From: a virus
Taxonomy: Duplodnaviria; Heunggongvirae; Uroviricota; Caudoviricetes
Reading direction: 5' to 3' (one strand)
DNA length: 17,416 nt
Virus record (IMG/VR): IMGVR_UViG_3300007770_000878
The notes below the pieces were generated by a model, which did no database searches, had not been told where the DNA came from, and was given only the letters and a program-made list of their open reading frames with translations. The translations under genes and the position numbers were made by a program. Of this stretch, positions 13,837 to 17,416 are shown piece after piece. Every line of letters begins with the position of its first letter. Positions within the stretch are counted from its first letter, which is position 1.

Positions 13837-15806
13837 TACATGCCTGGTGCTGGAGGTCCGCCACCCATACCGCCGCCCATGCCGCCACCGAACTCTTGAC
13901 TCATGAGCATGTTGCCGCCCTGGCTACGAGCCTGACCGCGAATTTGATCCATCTTGGCTCGCACCAAACTATGTAGAACTTCGTTCTTTTGCTTGAGAGC
14001 ACGAAGTTCGCTGTCCTTCTGGCTTTCAGGCATACCCAGTAATTGTTGGGCGATGCTTTCGGCGGTGGCCATCATGTCTTCTGGGGTTTGCGGGGTGTTG
14101 CCGCCCATGATCATACCTGTGACGGGGCCCGGCTGAGCAGGCATTCCGGTCGCGGGATCGACAGGAGGAGCACCACCGCCCGGGGGCATGCCGCCCATTG
14201 CAGCGGGATCCATCGGTTGGCCGGGCATTCCACCGCCCATCGGCGGAGCACCTGCAGCGATCTGCTGCCCGAAGGCAGCTTGATCCATTTCCTCTTGCAA
14301 CTCGGATTGGATCTCCTGATCGAGACGAGACTCCTCGGCGATAAGCCGCTTCTCGTCTTTGAGGTCCAAGCCCAACGCTTTGAGTCCGGTTGTTTGACTG
14401 ATGGTTTGGCCCATCATCAACTGCAACAAAGCCATGTGCCGCTGCATGTCGTCAGCGTGCGTAACACGACGGTGTCGAGCGTCGACTTGCTCCCAAGACA
14501 GAATCTCGGATAGGCGACCAACCACCCAACGCAGAAACTCGTTGTTCTGGTGTACGAGGTGGTACCAGGTTGCCTCAAACAGTCGCAGGCTCACAGGGGC
14601 TGTCTGTAGTTGTAAGGTGCCCTTGTAAAGTTCGACTGGCGTACCGGATGCGTTGAGCAAGGTTTCAAGACCTTGGTCCAACAGCTCTCGCGGAGCCAAC
14701 TGTTGTGCGTCGCCGCCTAGTGCTTGGTATTCAACAGGGAATGGTAATGTGTGCCAGCCTGCGGGGTCTCGCCTACGCTTACGCACCATTGACCGGACCT
14801 GGCCCATGAAATCGCCCATGTTCATAGACAATAGCGGATCGAGGGCTTGTCCGCCGCCTGCACTTGATCCGCCTCGAGCGGACGGTGTTAGCAGCCGAAA
14901 CGGTATCACGTAGTCAAGAGCAATACTCTCGTTGTAGCGATGCAACACCTGGACATACCAGGCTTGCCGGAAGTTGGTAATCAGGCGACTGATGCCCCAG
15001 CCACGATTTTGCACACCAGCTAACGTGGGCTCTTTCATGTGATACAGAACGTTGGGGGCGAACTGGAATAGCTGGTTGTGCTTGATAGCTTCAAGCACCT
15101 GTAGGCTGACTCGCTCGATGTAGTGCAGCTTACCCCCACGCACCATCTTCTTATAATCTTCTGGGATCTTCCAGTAGTACTTCACATCGTCAGTGAACGG
15201 GCAATGCAGAATCTGGATCTCGTGCGGTGACCAACGCTTAAGCCGGATCTTGTCTGGTGTGTTCTCTGGTTCGTCCTTTACATTCCATTCGCCTCGGAAG
15301 CTACAGCTTGGGCAGCTAGCTACGAACTTGTAGTCCCGGAAGTCGAACTTGAACGCAGGGTTGCTGTGCACCTCTCGCAGCATGTACTGAAGTTTGCACT
15401 TGGGACAGAATAGAAAACGTTTGAATGGTACGACAACCGAGCCGAAACCCTGGCCGTAACACGCCGTATCGCGGTCCATGCTTTGAACAAACGACAGATA
15501 ACCGAGTCGTTCTAGCGAAGTTTCCCACTTCTCTTTCTCGTCGTCGCCCAGCTGTTTATGGGCCGACAGTGACCCGATGTCCACATCCGTGAGGAAGTAA
15601 GCGATCACACGCTCGTGGGCCATCCTCAACGTGCCGTTGGCTTGGAAGATGTACTCACACCACTGCAAAGCATTGCTGTTACTCTCGGGCATAGCCAAAG
15701 AGGCCATATCCAAGAATGGTGAGGGGAAATGCTCTGAGCCTCGCAAACTTCTGGACCAACCGGCAGCGGGGTCCAGGTTCGACCGCATGGAGGTACTAGA
15801 CGTCAT
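13836..15806 (-). CDS. Putative phage portal protein (HK97/lambda-like core) with Zn-ribbon insertion and Gly/Met/Pro-rich tail (656 aa)
   Basis: Motifs occur in portal-like order: DTACYGQGF (YGNAF-like), LKRWSP (L..L.P), VLYHMKEPTLAGVQNRGWGISRL (viH.r....G.S.L), LLNASGTPVEL (Ia.afGVP..L), then helical segments. Family call is by motif recognition only. Confidence 0.65.
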   Translation of the reverse strand: MTSSTSMRSNLDPAAGWSRSLRGSEHFPSPFLDMASLAMPESNSNALQWCEYIFQANGTLRMAHERVIAYFLTDVDIGSLSAHKQLGDDEKEKWETSLERLGYLSFVQSMDRDTACYGQGFGSVVVPFKRFLFCPKCKLQYMLREVHSNPAFKFDFRDYKFVASCPSCSFRGEWNVKDEPENTPDKIRLKRWSPHEIQILHCPFTDDVKYYWKIPEDYKKMVRGGKLHYIERVSLQVLEAIKHNQLFQFAPNVLYHMKEPTLAGVQNRGWGISRLITNFRQAWYVQVLHRYNESIALDYVIPFRLLTPSARGGSSAGGGQALDPLLSMNMGDFMGQVRSMVRKRRRDPAGWHTLPFPVEYQALGGDAQQLAPRELLDQGLETLLNASGTPVELYKGTLQLQTAPVSLRLFEATWYHLVHQNNEFLRWVVGRLSEILSWEQVDARHRRVTHADDMQRHMALLQLMMGQTISQTTGLKALGLDLKDEKRLIAEESRLDQEIQSELQEEMDQAAFGQQIAAGAPPMGGGMPGQPMDPAAMGGMPPGGGAPPVDPATGMPAQPGPVTGMIMGGNTPQTPEDMMATAESIAQQLLGMPESQKDSELRALKQKNEVLHSLVRAKMDQIRGQARSQGGNMLMSQEFGGGMGGGMGGGPPAPGM

Positions 15807-15817
15807 GATCGTCCCTG

Positions 15818-16012
15818 TTAGTTAGACGGGTTATCTTCGGAGAGCTTATCCTTGGCCGCGTCAGCCGCTCTCTTCGTGAGATGCTCTTCCAGCTGCTCGA
15901 GCGGGATGTTTTTTGAACCTTTCAGGTCAACACCCGCTTTCTCCAGCTCATCAACAAACTTCTGAGTCTCAAGAGGAGTGATATCGTGACGTATTTCGCC
16001 GTTCTTTTCCAT
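15818..16012 (-). CDS. Small acidic helical protein (64 aa)
   Basis: TAATG-coupled to the upstream gene; ends 11 nt before the portal start. Confidence 0.7.
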   Translation of the reverse strand: MEKNGEIRHDITPLETQKFVDELEKAGVDLKGSKNIPLEQLEEHLTKRAADAAKDKLSEDNPSN

Positions 16013-17343
16013 TAGATCGCTCCTAGCTCGAAACTGCCTGGGTGGCCCTCTTGGTCGCTTATGACTGAGGGCGGCCCACCAGCAGCTGGTTCGCGTTCGC
16101 TGTTCGCCAATGGCAAAATGTAGATCTCGAACACCCCAAATGGATTGACAAAATCCATGGAGAACACCTGATAAGCCTTGTCACCATGGTCAGGCAGCGT
16201 AACCGTGATCGGGTTACCTTCGCCTAGGTAAGGTGGTCGGTACTTCATTCCGTACTTGAGACGCTTGTCGTAAATCAAGAACAGGCCACGCTTTGTCTCC
16301 ACGACCCAATGATACCAGGCTTCGTGCTGACCGGCCATACCAAGGTCGAATACCACACGGTACTCGGGTTGGGCAGGTTCGACCGAAAGTCCTGGTATCT
16401 TAAGACCTTCGAGGCTTTCCTTGACGATCTTGACTGCGTGATCTTTGGGCACTAAATCTGGGCAACTCTTACGACCATCGTCGTCTTTGTCGAAATAGGC
16501 TTTGTCTTCGCCGTCATGGTCTTCCTGAGCCTCTTGCTCGTCAAGCACATCTTGCTCAGTAACGTGTCGCCAGTCCTTTTCGGCTTTGCGGGGCTCGACT
16601 GGTGGAGGTGTCTGCAGATTCTGGATGGCGTTGGTAAGCATACCCATCTGTTGGTTGATAGCTTCAATCGCTTGCCACGGATCAGGCTGCGGCGGATAGT
16701 TCGGCGGGTAAGCTGGTTGAGGGTATGCTTGTGGGACCGGCTCAGGCGGCAACGGTGCAGGAGCTGGCGGAGGTGACTGTGTTGGTGCTGCTGTATTGCC
16801 AACAGCGACTTGCGGGGCTTGTTGGTGCGGCGGGGCAGGTACTTTGGGTAGCTCGGGCACGATTTGTGCTCCTGATGGTTTGGACTTAGGCACGACGTAA
16901 CTGCCAGGCATGACCGGGTTTTCTCGCACGTCTTCTGGTACAGGTCCTAGTGTCGACTGGATGCTTACGCCACCAGCCCCTTGGCCCATCCCTAACAGCT
17001 GGTAGGCTCGGACGATCGCCTCTTCTGGGTTCTCGTTCTCGTTCCAAGCTTGCTCCACAAGAGCCTTAGAAGTCGATGGCGTAATTCGACTTGCGTCTAC
17101 AGCGATACCGCCATCACCAGATTCAGGATCGCCGGGATCAACCATCACGGTCGCCGCTCCGGCCTTGAAACCCCTAGAACCGCCGTAGCGGGTCGCCCGG
17201 GGAATCATGACAGCTCGAGCCTCACCAGAACGCATTTTGCCGCCTTGGCGTCCGTCCGGGTGATGGTATTTGGTAGGGTCGGGTGTATGTACCCGTAGGC
17301 CTTTACCAATTGTCGCCGCGTTGTCCAACATGTCTTGAGACAT
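16012..17343 (-). CDS. Hypothetical protein (443 aa) with a long Pro/Gln-rich disordered centre
   Basis: ATG with GAGGA SD; PPPAPAPLPPEPVPQAYPQPAYPPNYPPQP, a short heptad helix, an acidic linker and a beta-rich aromatic C-terminal domain. Confidence 0.85.
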   Translation of the reverse strand: MSQDMLDNAATIGKGLRVHTPDPTKYHHPDGRQGGKMRSGEARAVMIPRATRYGGSRGFKAGAATVMVDPGDPESGDGGIAVDASRITPSTSKALVEQAWNENENPEEAIVRAYQLLGMGQGAGGVSIQSTLGPVPEDVRENPVMPGSYVVPKSKPSGAQIVPELPKVPAPPHQQAPQVAVGNTAAPTQSPPPAPAPLPPEPVPQAYPQPAYPPNYPPQPDPWQAIEAINQQMGMLTNAIQNLQTPPPVEPRKAEKDWRHVTEQDVLDEQEAQEDHDGEDKAYFDKDDDGRKSCPDLVPKDHAVKIVKESLEGLKIPGLSVEPAQPEYRVVFDLGMAGQHEAWYHWVVETKRGLFLIYDKRLKYGMKYRPPYLGEGNPITVTLPDHGDKAYQVFSMDFVNPFGVFEIYILPLANSEREPAAGGPPSVISDQEGHPGSFELGAI

Positions 17344-17378
17344 AGAGACTTCCTCATAAATCCTTGTGTTGCTTACCC

Positions 17379-17403
17379 TTCAATGTACCAATAGCTAAAA
17401 AAA
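17379..17403 (-). promoter_or_regulatory. Candidate promoter TTTTTTTAGCTATTGGTACATTGAA (TGn-TACATT, extended -10-like) heading the portal cluster
   Basis: The 13-mer at 17391-17403 is identical to 10698-10710; it lies 35 nt upstream of ATG at 17343. Confidence 0.45.
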
Positions 17404-17416
17404 CGAACAAGCGTGG

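Noticed and set aside
13858-13889. Short GC-rich tandem DNA repeat
   Set aside because: It is explained by the encoded GGGM repeats of the portal tail and is not an independent element.
1-17416. CRISPR array, tRNA, rRNA, integrase/transposase, or stop-codon reassignment
   Set aside because: No regularly spaced repeats, cloverleaf or recombinase motifs were seen. Genes tile densely under the standard code, so recoding is not needed.

Overview
A gene-dense window in which every credible gene is on the minus strand, with many ATGA/TAATG couplings, no host housekeeping genes and mostly short hypothetical ORFs. It reads as part of a large dsDNA tailed-phage genome (inference; the host cannot be determined). 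Three products are recognisable with good confidence: a tubulin/FtsZ-superfamily GTPase (8827-10041), a DUF6165-like helical protein coupled to it, and a GT-B/GT4-like glycosyltransferase. A likely HK97/lambda-type portal protein (13836-15806) is coupled to the glycosyltransferase and carries a CxxC-x27-CxxC insertion and a Gly/Met/Pro-rich tail. Two winged-helix-like proteins, one ribbon-helix-helix-like protein and a Zn-ribbon protein are suggested by motifs only. The ORF track misses two genes: a >322 aa ORF running off the left edge (968 to <1) and a 58 aa basic peptide (10483-10659). The intergenic DNA is unusually structured. Two hairpins with different stems share an identical apical G-U-[CCCUGCCCC]-G-C loop, and a complementary site lies between them. 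A CCCAGTACCT motif sits just upstream of the Shine-Dalgarno (SD) of three genes. A shared TTTTTTTAGCTAT..TAnAnTGAA element heads both the portal and the tubulin gene clusters. Best candidate for an undescribed system: a phage tubulin module (basic peptide, DUF6165, tubulin, membrane-anchored protein) that may be co-regulated with the portal/glycosyltransferase cluster. No tRNA, rRNA, CRISPR array or integrase/transposase was seen. All family calls come from motif recognition by eye, not database searches.
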